Shown: positions 13,489 through 26,358 of the stretch, piece by piece
How positions within the stretch are numbered: position 1 is the first letter of the stretch
How the letters are laid out: every line of letters starts with the position of its first letter
Source: Takakia lepidozioides
Taxonomy: Eukaryota > Plantae > Bryophyta
DNA length: 64,000 nucleotides
Direction of reading: 5' to 3'
Assembly: GCA_030704615.1 (NCBI GenBank)
Contig: CM060732.1
Span: 27,280,001 to 27,344,000 of the forward strand
Program-made: the position numbers and the translations under genes
Notes under the pieces: generated by a model
The model's database searches: none
Told to the model about the DNA's origin: nothing
The model's input: the letters and a program-made list of their open reading frames with translations, nothing else

Positions 13489-14013
13489 CTAGGGATCTTG
13501 ACTGGTACTCCAGGTAAACTGGATTGTAGCCGTTGTACCGCCCCTGTTGATGTTCACCACAATGTCGTGCCCTTCAATCATACCACCATCGAATATGGAA
13601 AGCTTCACGTTTACGTCGTCCACACCAATTCGAATGTCCCCATACAATGGAGAAGAGGAGCGCACTCCTTCAGGAGTATACGTCTCTCCGATGGAGTCCA
13701 CCCACGTCCACTGGCAGCAGTTCCACCGCAACAGCATAGCAGTGCGCATTCTTCTGTATGGGTGCCCGTCGTAGCTGGGAAAATTGGAATCAAGGATGCG
13801 CAGGAGCCACGGTCTCCTCAGACCAAGATCGTCACCCCGCTCGAAGGCGTAGTGGCCTGGGATATACTCAAAAGCGGACAATGTTTCCACATTCGAACCA
13901 GTATCTTCTGTGTAAACTGTGTACCAGATAACGATGTCTCCCGATGTGGCCGAATACATTGCATAATCGAAGCCTCCATAAGGGCAGTCGTCCCGGTTCC
14001 GGAAGCACGACAT
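13489..14013 (-). CDS. Unknown 174-aa protein, paralog of 14570-15148
   Basis: Open ORF sharing DYAM, SGDI, FERG, PW, RWNCCQWT, PLYGDIR, GHDIVV and QFTW with the neighbouring ORF. Confidence 0.65.
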   Translation of the reverse strand: MSCFRNRDDCPYGGFDYAMYSATSGDIVIWYTVYTEDTGSNVETLSAFEYIPGHYAFERGDDLGLRRPWLLRILDSNFPSYDGHPYRRMRTAMLLRWNCCQWTWVDSIGETYTPEGVRSSSPLYGDIRIGVDDVNVKLSIFDGGMIEGHDIVVNINRGGTTATIQFTWSTSQDP

Positions 14014-14569
14014 CCTTGCAAAGGAGGACCTGAGGACGTCTTTGATGCCGATGACAATGACCTTGCGGACAACAACGAAGCCCTTTGATTTTCAAAATGA
14101 TGAGAAGCGGAAGAGCAGTGCGGGCTCCAATAATGGAGCATATGGGTCCCACGTACCCACCAGTCATCGTGTAACATGTTCATGGCGCCAGCGGTGGATG
14201 AACCGATACCTCTTTCTCATCCACGGGGTATAGTTTGAAATCTGCAACCGAAGTCCATCCCCCGGATGGAAATTCGGCGCCGCATTTACATCGAAGGGGG
14301 GATAGACTTCGTCGTCTTGAGTGGCTATAGGCCCCCCTGGCACTTACTGCCCATAGTTTGCATGGCACGGAAGGAAACTGAAACGGCTACATTCATGGAG
14401 CAGCCAATCTTCATCCGTGCAGGTTCCTGTAGGGGGGAAATTTAAATGTGCCCTGGAGTGTTAGTGAGGAATTGCAGCGTTTGCTTCAACTTCTTCCAGC
14501 CACCGTGCTGCTGCCTCCTCCATCCGGGAGCTACTGTCATTGAGCGTACTCCGGTAATCTTTTGCAAGG

Positions 14570-15148
14570 ATGTCGTGCCGCCGCAATCCTGCTGACTGCC
14601 GTTATCATGGCCACGATTATGCTATGTTCAAACTTGAATCAGGAGACATCATTGTCTGGCTCTCTGTTTTCACAGATGCTTCTGGAATCAAGCGGGAGTC
14701 TATGCGCGCAATGGAGTATTTGGAGGGCTATTACCGCTTTGAGCGAGGTGAGGGCAAGGGTCAATGCGGTCCGTGGGTCTTGAAAATTGTTGACCTCAAT
14801 ATACTAAACTGGAATGGGATGCCGGACAGATCACGCACGGCCTCACTTTGGCGTTGGAACTGCTGCCAGTGGACCAGGGAGGACGGCACTGGGGAAATCT
14901 ATATTCGTGGAGTTCAATCCGCTCTTCCACTATATGGAGACATTCGGCTGAGTTGCAAAGACGAATTGCACAGGCACATGAGGCCCACAGTCAGCTTGTC
15001 AATGTATAATGGTGGTATCATTGATGGGCATGACATTGTCGTCAGCTCCACCAAGGGCACCAGAACGACCGCATTGCAGTTTACCTGGAGATGCCGATTC
15101 AGTAATGAGCTTGTTTTGAGGGCTATCGAAGTTCCGTCGACTTGGTGA
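14570..15148 (+). CDS. Unknown 192-aa protein, paralog of 13489-14013
   Basis: Open ORF; protein-level conservation despite strong DNA divergence indicates real coding history. Confidence 0.65.
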   Translation: MSCRRNPADCRYHGHDYAMFKLESGDIIVWLSVFTDASGIKRESMRAMEYLEGYYRFERGEGKGQCGPWVLKIVDLNILNWNGMPDRSRTASLWRWNCCQWTREDGTGEIYIRGVQSALPLYGDIRLSCKDELHRHMRPTVSLSMYNGGIIDGHDIVVSSTKGTRTTALQFTWRCRFSNELVLRAIEVPSTW

Positions 15149-15260
15149 CGCCCATGTAGAAGGCGGAAGGGTTTAGATTTGTCTGGAGTTGCTAAATGTT
15201 AGACACCGTGTTCGATCAATAAAACAACCCCTCGTACCTCACTTATGTGTGATGTGTTTC

Positions 15261-17426
15261 TGTAGTGTGAAAAGAAGGGGTGTGAATCCCCTTCTGTATA
15301 ATTCTAATTGTGCTCCCCTCCATTGATTGCGGAGCAAGAGGAAAGAAGCGTTCTTTCTAATCTGTCCAACTGTCGTCACTTGGCTGTGGGTTTCCCTCAG
15401 CTCCTCCGTGATCAGAGTTCAAGCAATCCTCATCCACGCCGCAGCGGAAGGGAAGACATGGATGGGGAGTCAATTTGTTGTTCACTCTTGGTTCTACCTT
15501 TTACACAACATCCCCTATCAGCAGGTACAGCACCAGCTATGCTGGTGCGATGTATTCAGTGATGCAAATCAGCCCAATGGCAGCGGTAAACACGATCCTT
15601 TATGTGAAGCCCACTTGAGCAGTGACAGGTCGGAAATCCCCTTTTTGTAGTGGTGACACAGATTTAGGAGGAGGCAGCTCAGATCTTCATGGTCTGCAGG
15701 GGCACTGGTTTCTTTCAGGTTTCAGGTTTTCTTCATCTCATCTCCCCAAATTGGCCAACCCCCCCAACAGCCCTTTTGAATTGCAGCTCTCTCCTTACCC
15801 AAATCCCATTTTTCACTCTCTCTCTTTCTTTTCCCTTTTTGTCTGTTTCACTATCTCTGTCTATGTCCCCAGGTTCCCCACTATTCACAGCAGCAGATCT
15901 GTCATGTAATGTGAATGCACACGCTGCTAGGCATCCAGTGCGGCCAGCCTTGAAGTCATCCTCGGTCTCTCAAGACACAACCATCCCATCCATCAGTCTC
16001 TCTCTCTTTTCCTTTTTCCAATGACCCATCGCTCAAACAGCTCTCATCTCTTTTGTCAGACTTCAACCCAAATACCCCAACATCCCTCTTTTCCCTTCAA
16101 CTGTGGAACGCAGTTGTTCAGATCCTGATCCCATAGTGAAATCACCTTATCCTTTCCATGTTTTTTGCAACTCCAGCTAACCATCATTGATCTCTCCAAA
16201 CAAACAAGCCAGATCTACATTGGTTCCAGGTTATCACTACACACGGCAGCATGGTGTCCAGGTTTATGACACTGAATCAGAATGCAAGAATGAAAGACAA
16301 CAGTGACCATTCTGAATTCAGTGACGAACAGGCTCTCTCTTTCTCTCTCTCTTCACTTATTTCTCACTGTCATCACAACATCAGGTGCATCCATCTTTCC
16401 ACGTTCTGGTCTGAAGTCCAGAGTCTCCATTCCCATTTCAAAAACTTTTTCTTGTCACATGTCTCTACCTTTTCTCTTCTGCCAAGATGGCAGTCCTAAA
16501 TCTACCAAAGCAATTTCTAAGTCCACCCCAAAAGAAGCCTCTGTTCATCGACTTATCTGTTTTTATCCACTAGTGAGGCGGCGGGTCTGCCTGTCAAGGT
16601 GGCACCTTGCCATCGCCCGTCAGCAGCCACTTCAACCCTTTCTCTTTGTCTTGATTCCAGACTTATGACGCCATGATGGCTCCCCTTCTTCACTTGGACC
16701 ATCCTGTGGCCTGACAACCAGATTACGCTATGCAATTCTTCCTCTCGAATTGGCCTGGTCCTATAACAAGGAGACACAAGCAGCTAGAAGCTTAATGACA
16801 GAGAACCTGAGATACCATACAGCCAGAACTCCACATGCTTTTACCTCCCCCCATTGATTGTGCCAGACTCTCTCCCTGTGCTTTCAGCAGCTGGCCTTTT
16901 CCTTGCTTGCTCATCTGCCCATAACTATCATCTTCAAGGCACTGGCGGCAGTGGTGGTGCGCCGCTTTCCTTACATGCTTCTATCTCTTGGAATTGATCA
17001 TCACTACGAGAGAGGCGGCACCGCTTCTTTCTACACAGAATACCAAGCAGAGGCGTCTTAATGCCGCTTCCTAAGCCAAGCAAGATCCCACCGCGCAGGT
17101 ACAACCTCCTAACACAGGCGCCCTGCCGACACCACTGCTTGCAACAGCCGCTACGAGCCATCCGTATCTCCTTCCTCTTCGTTTTCTCAACCCGCGATCT
17201 TTTAGGTCCAGAACCAGTGATGAAAACGTTCATCGCATGGATGAAAATGTGTACCGTCATGACTTAGCCATTTTCTCCTGGCAAAGCATAAGTTCAGTGC
17301 GCTCATGAAATTACCTACATGAAGGGATACATCCTTCTGCAGTTGGGATGACGGGCACTCCGTCATAGTGATGTAGGTCGTAATGGTAAACATATGTAAT
17401 GTTCTCTCCCCTGCATTCACACTACA
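15261..17426 (-). mobile_element. Complete LTR (3' LTR) of a minus-strand Gypsy element
   Basis: TG...CA termini with inverted ends TGTAGTGTGAA / TTCACACTACA; lies downstream of a minus-strand integrase, with a purine tract (AAAAAGGAG on minus) nearby. Confidence 0.8.
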
Positions 17427-17429
17427 TAT

Positions 17430-19052
17430 GTAGTGTGTCTCCTTTTTAAGTGTCAGGGTCCTCACTGACCACCTTCACTGGCTGATCACACACTGGTGGT
17501 ACGAAGGGTTTCAAGTCCCTCCTACTTCTTGTCCATTCCTTGTTTGCCCCATCTCTTAGCCTGTCATCTGCGTGCGCTTCCCCTATCCTTGTGGTGTTTC
17601 CTGCATCTTTGTACCCAAAAAGTCATAAGGTCCCTCCCATGGAGATATCATGGAGATCTCTTTCCAGGCCTCAACATCATAACCTTGCTGTTTTCCATCA
17701 CTTGCAGTAGGTATGCCCAGTTTGATGCCTCCTTTCATTCCCTTGCCTGCTGCCGCTGCCCTTCTTCACATTTTTTCGCAGCTTTGCCTTCATCTCTGTG
17801 AGAAGCTGGATTTTCTGCTGCATCATAAGTGTGACCTCTGCTACAGATCCATCAGAATTTACTGGTGTTGTAAGAAAATGCAACCTGTTGTCAATTCCCA
17901 GCCTTGGAATTCTACCAGTAAGTACCTGAAAAGGTGAGAATCCAGTGGAAGCATGGACACCATTCTGTAACCAAACAGGGCTTATAGAGATTCTGATCCC
18001 ATTCAGTGTCGTTTCCAACTCCTAGGGTGGTGATGCTCTGTTGAGAGACTTAATGACCCTTTCCACCATACCGTTACACTGAGGCCAGTAGGGGGCGCTA
18101 TGCTCCCTCTTTATACCGTATTCGTGGCATGTATCTTCAAACTCACCTCCCCACTCTGTGCCATTGTCAGTGAGCAACGTATGTGGGCAGCTATACCTGT
18201 CAATTACTTCTTCCTCAAGAAAGCGGGCAGCAAGGGCTGCTGTATGATCTCCACTGGTGCAGCTTCTATTCCATTTTGAGAAGTGATCGATTGCCACCAG
18301 AAAGTACTGATTGCCCTGCTGGTTATAGGTAATGGTCCTGCAGTGTCAATTGCAACTCTGAAAAAACAGATCTACTACTGGAATGCTGTGAAGTTTTGAG
18401 CTACCTGAGCGCAACACTCCGTTCTGTTTGGCCATCTGACATTTACCACAGCCCTTGAGAACTTTCCTGATGAGTTTTGTTCTATCATGCCAGAAATAAC
18501 GTCGGCATATCTCCTCTTGAGTTCTTCTGACTCCAAAGTGGCCAGTGGCTTCATGTACTTCAGTGATTATTGCCCCTCTGTCAGGTTTGGTGGAACTACC
18601 CTTCCATCAAAGTAGACCTCACCTTTGAGATAGGAGTACTGCCTTGCCTGCCTCTTGGCTCTCGTGCTCTCCTCTTTTGTCAGGTAGTCATTGACTTCTC
18701 CAAAACATAAGAGGTGCATGACTTCCACATCATCAAGCACATCAGGTTGCCTTTCCTCCTTAACAGCTGCTGTATGCTGGTCAGAGCTGATGAGAGAGCC
18801 TTTTCCCCCATCTTTCAGCCTCACGTAATAATGACATCTGAGTAGCTTTTGGTGGGTGCGGTCCATGGTACCCAGTCCCCTTCATCAATCTTGTTGCAAG
18901 AAGAAGTGGTGGTTCTGAACCACTTGTTCCATCACTGTCTGAAGAACAAACGTCTTGGTGGAACACTCACCCCCATGTTTTCCTTGGCTGGGCATTCTGA
19001 TGAGGAAGTCACCCGCGTTCTTCTTGTAGTTGGAGTGCTTGTCAAGTCTTGA
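17430..19052 (-). pseudogene. Degenerate Ty3/Gypsy integrase region
   Basis: HHCC motif (HEATGHFGVRRT...CGKC), AIDTAGP, AIDHFSKW, LLTDNGTEW, PQCNGMVER; frameshifted; runs into the gap. Confidence 0.85.
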
Positions 19053-19552
19053 NNNNNNNNNNNNNNNNNNNNNNNNNNNNNNNNNNNNNNNNNNNNNNNN
19101 NNNNNNNNNNNNNNNNNNNNNNNNNNNNNNNNNNNNNNNNNNNNNNNNNNNNNNNNNNNNNNNNNNNNNNNNNNNNNNNNNNNNNNNNNNNNNNNNNNNN
19201 NNNNNNNNNNNNNNNNNNNNNNNNNNNNNNNNNNNNNNNNNNNNNNNNNNNNNNNNNNNNNNNNNNNNNNNNNNNNNNNNNNNNNNNNNNNNNNNNNNNN
19301 NNNNNNNNNNNNNNNNNNNNNNNNNNNNNNNNNNNNNNNNNNNNNNNNNNNNNNNNNNNNNNNNNNNNNNNNNNNNNNNNNNNNNNNNNNNNNNNNNNNN
19401 NNNNNNNNNNNNNNNNNNNNNNNNNNNNNNNNNNNNNNNNNNNNNNNNNNNNNNNNNNNNNNNNNNNNNNNNNNNNNNNNNNNNNNNNNNNNNNNNNNNN
19501 NNNNNNNNNNNNNNNNNNNNNNNNNNNNNNNNNNNNNNNNNNNNNNNNNNNN
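19053..19552. other. Assembly gap (500 N)
   Basis: Run of N. Confidence 1.
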
Positions 19553-21112
19553 ATCTGGTGACAACAAACCCTAAGTACTTAAACCTCACTATTAGCAAAC
19601 TCAGGCCGTAGAGCCCTAAGAAACTCAGACCGCCACAGGAAAACCTAAATTATCCCGATGACAAAACCCCGATGACAGGGAGAAGGGTTTACCACTGCCT
19701 TTACATGTGTCTGTTGTTGAAGGAGCATCCTGGGTCCAAGGAATCGCTTGACTGCTTAAACTACTCGAACTCAAGACAGAAAAACAAAGAAAAGCAACAA
19801 AAGCAGGAAGAAAAGCAAAACCCTGCTACCTGTTGTAGGTGCTACAAAATCTTTGAGAAGTATCCCCACAACAGATGTATGTGACCAACCCATGTTGTTG
19901 AGTTGCATCTATCATGTAGTGCTCAACCACAATTCCACATATAAATAACAAACAACCGTGTCTTTCAAAGGACCCTCCTCACATTTTACTTGTTAACATG
20001 GATCTATCGAATGAATAAACTGCGTGTATCAACCGTACACAGGATCACACACGGGATTGGGAGAAGCTGTTGAAACCCCGAGTGCACAACGCAGCCAAGA
20101 AACCAAAAAATTGCAAACACTTGACTCCATGCTACGCATTGAACGAATCATCGAACAAATCAGCAACTGCAGCGGGTTCAACAATCAACTGCCCATCAAG
20201 AATTCAAATGTGCCTGCCCATCATCAGAATTGCAGACATAAAAACAAACGGGCTCAGACTGCCCTAGGCAACCCATCGACATTCACCAGACTCTCTCCAT
20301 GACGCACTATCTGACACCCTAGCTAATGGGTGAACACTGCCACAGAAGGTTTTGCAGCCAAGGCGGTTTCGGTTAACTCACATAAGTCACCAACAACCAC
20401 ATTCTGTCATCGACCAATTAACAGCTCAAAACATGCGCACAATTTCGGCTAGAGCTTTCTATCCTCTGAAGATGGTACTCAAGAAATCGTAAAGGTTTGA
20501 ACAACACTACTGATTCGCAGGTCACGTGCATCAAAGTACTGAAGAGAGAACATAAACTCATTCTTCACACATTGGTAGCAAACCCTACAAACTTACACTC
20601 ACCAGATTCCCTCCTTGACGCACTATCTGACACCCTAAACCATCAACCATGGTTTCCATAACCAACAATCCCACACAGAAAGTAGGCTGCGAAGACAGAC
20701 ACAACACCGTTCAACCAAGAAGCAAGAGACGTAACAAAAATCAGATGAAGATTTGAAACCCGAACCCTGTACATACTCTTGGGATGCCATTGAGCCAGTC
20801 CAAAACTGTTACGGTTATGGTTGTGGATGCAAAAAATCCAAGAGAGCTCCAGAGACACAAAGGAAGGCTCCCTCTCCCTCACAGTAAAATAGAAGTGGAT
20901 GCAAGGACGGCAATCACTCACAAGTGAACTACCAAAATGACGGTTTAGAGTTAGGGTTTCAGGCCACACAACACTTTAAACCTGCCATCATCTGCCGCAA
21001 TCTGACCGACCACTGCGCTTCAAGAGATTCAGAAGGGCTTGCCCTCTGACCTCGCACGAAAAGTGCCCACAAAGGTTCACGGCCAGACATTTCCAAGAAG
21101 CAGTGCAATGCA
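19553..21112 (-). repeat. Inverted near-identical copy of 31909-33460 (intron mosaic)
   Basis: Identical or near-identical translations on opposite strands, e.g. 20024-20302(+) = 32711-32989(-); 20643-20969(-) vs 32044-32370(+). Confidence 0.9.
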
Positions 21113-21836
21113 ACAAGCTCAACAAAATGGCAACTCAAAACCATTGAACATGATCCGGCAACTTTTTCTTGAGCCATTCTCTGCGGGTAGGAGGCGCTGC
21201 CAGCAGCAATCTATCAACCAACAAAATGACTAGGAATATAAATTGGACGCTGCCATACAATAACACAAACCCTACGGAGCTTTCGGAGAAGCTTAGAAAG
21301 GAAATCTAAGGGGACATACAAGATGTCGTGCAGCAAAGAAAGTAGGCTACGAAGACAGACAGACATAACGGCGTTCAACCAAGAAGCAAGAAACCCTAAT
21401 CGGCATGATTTCAGCACATAGGCTCTATCTATTACGCAAAACAAGAACACAAACTAACCTTCTGTATATGTAGCTGGCTTCAAAGCTAACCCTACAAAGG
21501 AACACATACCTTAGGAACAACAACACCGGGTTCAAAGGAAACATCTGAACGAAATAACAACAACCAAAGGAGCCTCCTCCTCATCAAACTTTATGACATA
21601 AAAAAAGACAAGCTCAGACTGCCCTAGGCAACGCAATCTCACACTCTAACCATCATCCCATGTTGTTGAGTTGCATCTATCATATAGTGCACAACCAGAC
21701 TTCCACATATAAATAACAAACAACCGTGTCTGTCAAAAGACCCACGCATCTCCAAAGCATCAAAATACTAAAGATAGCTGCTAACAACAAGAATTGCTAA
21801 CACTTTCTTGACCATTCTTTAGGAAAGAAAACGCAC

Positions 21837-22008
21837 CTGCATCAGCAGCGGGTTCAATAAGGGCAAGAAGAGTTTCTGTCACAGTATCATCGTCATCATC
21901 AAATATTGCATTCCGATACTCATCGTTTTGCTGGAGCAGCTTCAGCTTGATTCTTGCCCTCTTCCTACCGTTTGGGATGAGTGACTTCAATGTATCTTTC
22001 CAGTCCAT
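21837..22008 (-). CDS. CR-like gene 3, N-terminal header exon (effector exon missing or in the gap)
   Basis: MDWKDTLKSLIPNG...LLALIEPAADA then phase-1 donor GCAG|GTGCG, followed by the same intron blocks as genes 1 and 2. Confidence 0.5.
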
Positions 22009-23517
22009 GCTTCCGATCGAAATTACAAACGCAATGTTGAACGACCTGAAATTGGAATTTGAGCTGATTAGGGTTTAACCAACCGGTGCAGTGACGGACA
22101 ACGTTTTCGAAAGGCACCAAGAGAGAAAGCACACAAAATTCACTTGGAAAGAGCACAACGCAAGGAAGGGCTACAGAGAAAAGGCGTAAAGCTGCAACCA
22201 CTACAAGTCCGAAGACTTACTGAATGAACGCATCCAGATCATATGACAGTGCAGCGCAAACCTCGCCTCACCTGACACAAACACTAAGAGAAACTTTGGC
22301 GAGCAATCAGAGATCGGAGACCAGAAAAGAGCGATCTGAGAGCGAGACAGCTTGAGGGACTATGCGAGCACATATGTTAGCCTCCCTCCCGAGGGTAGTA
22401 ATAACCCTCAATCCGCACCATTGGATCATTACGAATCTGACGGCATGAAGTTACAAATGAATTCGTCCATTCTGTGCACCAATTTGTCCACTAACGAAAT
22501 ATATATATGATACAGGGAACCAAATTATACTATTCCTCTCATTTTTTAATAATTGGGACTTGAATGCACATATGGGCCTGCGAGTACGGCCTATGGGGTG
22601 AGCTCAAGAACCCACCCCCTTTCACCGGGTCTAGATTCTGAATTTTTTCTAAGTCCTAGTTCTTTAACGACGGTGGACCTTCTAGCGGACTGGCCAAACC
22701 CTCAACAGACTGACTCCAACTAGCGAGCGGACTGACCAGCAAACTGGCGATTGGCGAGCGGACCGACCGACCAACATTGGACTCCAACTGGCGAGCCCCT
22801 AACTCCAACCTTCAGACCCTCCTCAAACAAAATATATATTTATAATTGACACACATTACCGCTACAATGTCAGCTGCCAAGATTTGAACAGCAGACCTCA
22901 CGTTCGTCACAAATGCTCTTTACCATCACACTAACCGCCGCTTTCTCCAAACCCTTGAAATAATTAATTACTAGGGTTTCGCGTTGCTCCGCACTACTAG
23001 CGACGATTTCTGAGAAGGACGTCCGGACGGATGGGCCATACTCGAGGATCATGAGAGAGAGTATGGATCATGTAGCCTGCCAACATGTCAGTCACGTAGT
23101 TCCGATTGGTGGGAGAGGGGAGAGGGGAGGGGGGTTGTTGTGCACGTTTTAAACTCCTTTTCGAGTGTTGCATGTTAGATCTGGTTCTAAGAGTGTTCTT
23201 TAGTGTGTCTATTCTCTTACTTAGAGATAGGTTACTATTCTCATGTCCTTACAGTGAATCAGTTTCATCACACACACTTGCCTCTTGCATATCTTTGCAT
23301 TTGCACTTTAGAACGTTGCAACATCACTCCCACTCTGTTCTATTCTAGTTTTATGTGTCTCAGGATCGATTCTTTTAGTTTTGATTCACAGGCTAGATAT
23401 TTCTACAAGCTTTCTAAGGTGTCCATAACCCGGTGCATTCGTAGCAAAGAGGTTCGAACTCTGTTGCACTGCTACATGTATTTGTTTCCGCTCTTTTGTA
23501 AACCCTAAACATTTGTT

Positions 23518-24200
23518 ATGATGTTAGCTGCAACTTCTGAACCTTCTTCTTCCAAGCGTCCTAGGATAGAGATGAATAGTGATGGTGCTCCTGCAGAAGA
23601 TCGACCGTCTTGTTTGTCTCCAAGGGGTTATTCTCCTACTCCAAGGCCGCACGTTGGGATTTTTTTCAACCAGAATGATCATTCTCCAGACTTTGTGGAT
23701 GCTATTCGCAAGTTGTTGGACAACTCTTTGGCTCAGTACAAGAAGGATTTCAAGAGACTTCAACGTCTCAAGGCAACTTTCGACAAACTCAGATCTCATA
23801 AAGTTGCCGGTGAAATTCCTCGGAAAGAGGTGCAGAAACAACTTTCCAACTCAGGAAAAAAAATTTCTCTCTCTCCTACTCGCCCTAAGCAACATCAACG
23901 AGCGCGTTCTTCCTCTCCTAACCACAAGAGGCAACAACAGCGTGGCCGCTCACCTGCTCGACGAGTCTTCAAGACTCAACCTACCGGTCGAGGCACTTCA
24001 GCAAAAGCCAAGGTAACTTCCTCCAATGCAAACTCTTCAAAGCAGCAGGGAAATGACCAACATCGAAATGGGACTGCTCGCACCCGTTTCGCTGCATCGC
24101 GTTCACCTTCTCCGAGCAAATCTGCCCTACGTTCTCAGACCCGTTCTGAAGATAACCATTTGATAGATTCTATATCTTTGTTCTGTCGGATAGGCAACTT
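23518..24200 (+). pseudogene. PLE N-terminal basic, Ser/Arg-rich region
   Basis: ORF-track 254-aa ORF (23518-24282) with RSSSP/RSPSP-rich low complexity, directly upstream of and overlapping the RT; the junction to the RT looks deleted or frameshifted. Confidence 0.5.
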
Positions 24201-24209
24201 CCTGGCGAC

Positions 24210-25178
24210 GTGCTTTTGTTCACCTTTGATGTGGAGTCATTGTATCCTAGCATTCATACTGGGGACGGGCTTCGACAATTGAAGGAGATGATTGCCGGCA
24301 AGTTCAAGTCGCTTCGGTTTGAAAGATTCGTTGTGAGTCTTTCTCGCATGATGTTGGAGAATAACTATCTTCAATTTGGCTCAAGCTATTGGCATCAGAT
24401 CCGAGGCACAACAATGGGTAGCAACTTTGCTATTGTTTATGCTTGTCTCTTTCTTTGCAGCTTAGAAAGAGAGTTGGCTGGTGCTGGAGGAGGTATGTGG
24501 CCTCTATACTACAAGAGATACATCGATGATGGATTTGGAATTTGGGCAAGATCTCGAGCAAGTTTGGAGGCTTAGCTCGATGGATACAACTCTCTTCGTC
24601 CCACAATTTGGAATCAAAGGGTAATCTCTGAGTCTACGGTTGACATTCTTGATATTCAGTTCTTCAAGAGAGTTGATTTTGTCAACCATGGGATTTTATT
24701 TTCGAGATGTCATCAAAAGACACTCAACACATACCAGTATTTGCCATGGACCTCGTGTCATCCACGACACCAAAAACGAGCATTCATCATTGGCGAATTA
24801 CGACGTTACACTTTGAGGGAGAGCACACGGGCAGGTTTTTCCGAGATCAGGCAACTGTTCTATGAGCGACTGCATGCTCGAGGCTATCGAAAGTCTTTTA
24901 TCTTGGAATGTTTTATGCTTTGTGACTATACACAACGTGCTACACTGTTGACTTCGGAGTCCACTCGTAAGTTGACGGGCAAGCGGGCCCCCTTGGTTCT
25001 GAAACTTGAGCATTCGCGTTATACTCGAGCTCTAAGCTTTGAGGGAGTCCTAAACCCTAAACTTCATGTGGGCTTTTTGAAAGATCCGCAGTTAGCGTCA
25101 TTTGACAGACCTATGGTATGTTGGAAGAGGGCACGGAACTTGCGTTCCTATCTAGTTCGTGCTATGTTACAAATCTAG
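24210..25178 (+). pseudogene. Penelope-type reverse transcriptase (degraded)
   Basis: FTFDVESLYPSI, QIRGTTMGSNFA, YKRYIDDGFGIW, thumb SCHPRHQKRAFIIGELRR and RARNLRSYLVRA; stop at 24573-24575 plus a frameshift; no GIY-YIG follows. Confidence 0.85.
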
Positions 25179-25483
25179 AGGCTAGTTGTATTTGAAACAT
25201 GCAGTTAGCTTCTAGTTTGGATGATTATCCATTTTGGAGAGAACATTATGATGTTTTTCATCTAGAATTTCATGCGTTGGATATTTCTCTCATGCCGAGA
25301 AAACTTTGGATGTTTTTTCATCTAAGTTTTCATGTGTTGGACGATCTCTCCAGCCGAGACAATTTTGGATGTTTTCCATCCATTAGATATTTTCTTTCCC
25401 CCCCCCCCCCCCCCGAGACAAATTCACTTTCCGTAGTATATAAGCTGGGTGAGGGGTGCACATTGTATCTCTTTTCCTTCTAT

Positions 25484-25527
25484 TTCCCACTGATGAGCTC
25501 ACGTGCTGAGCGAAACTAGTTTGGGGA
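25484..25527 (+). ncRNA. Minimal type I hammerhead ribozyme
   Basis: Stem I TTCCCA/TGGGGA; core CTGATGA (25490-25496); stem II GCTCA-cgtgc-TGAGC; GAAA; palindromic stem III region AAACTAGTTT; predicted cleavage after GUU at 25521. Confidence 0.8.
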
Positions 25528-26140
25528 TTATAGAGATTCGCTTTGCTGCATCTGTGTTCTTGTCTCTTTGTCTCATTGGCGTTGTTGTTGTTGTTGAGTT
25601 TTAGATTTGATCTTCTGCATAGTTCATTGCATTCATTTGCTTTGTGTCTATTGTAGTGCATGTTTTAAACTCATTTTCGAGTGTTGCATGTTAGATCTCA
25701 TTCTAAGACTGTTCTTTAGTGTGTCTATTCTCTTGCATAGAGATAGGTTACTATTCTCCTGTCCTTACAATGAATTAGTTTCATCACACACACTTGTCTC
25801 TTGTATATCTTTGCATTTGCACTTTAGAACGTTTCAACATCACTCCCACTCAGTTCTATTCTAGTTTTCTGTGTCTTAGGATCGATTCTTTTAGTGTTGA
25901 TTCACAGGCTAGATATTTCTACAAGTTTTTTAAGGTGTCCATAACTGGCCCCCCCTAAAAACTTGTTTGCACTTTGTTTCTATTGCACCCGGTGCATTCG
26001 CGGTTCGAACTTTGTTGCACTACTACATGTATTTGTTTCCACTCTTTCATAGACTTGGAAGTTTGGCTCCATGGATACAATTCTCGTAGTCCCACAATTC
26101 AGATTCAAAGGGTAATCTCTAAGTCCGAATTTCTGAGTCG

Positions 26141-26358
26141 GAGGCAGTCCGCATCAGCATTTCCTACCTGTCTGGCCCCAAGCCCCACTGTTTCTTTTTC
26201 AAGAACTCGTTATACCTGCATTGCTGCATAATTGACCTCACAATGTCATCCGTTGTGGCAGTGAGGATGTCCACCAGATGCGCCGCAGAGGAGGCACGCT
26301 AGGAAGAATGCAATGATTTGGCCATGTTTGCTGTCGGTGTCGGAGTCGAGACACATTT
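26141..26358 (-). pseudogene. Captured fragment of the Mutator-type transposase seen at 61331-61560
   Basis: Reverse complement closely matches AAATGTGTCTCGACTCCGACACCGAC...GCTGATGCGGACTGCCTC. Confidence 0.85.

Noticed and set aside
13396-14088. 230-aa plus-strand ORF
   Set aside because: Antisense shadow of 13489-14013; the paralog conservation is on the minus strand
11284-17426. Foldback/TIR DNA transposon with 2.2-kb arms
   Set aside because: The arms have TG...CA ends, a PBS and an adjacent integrase, so they are better explained as LTRs
18885-19611. Long ORFs in the ORF track
   Set aside because: Artefacts of the 500-N gap
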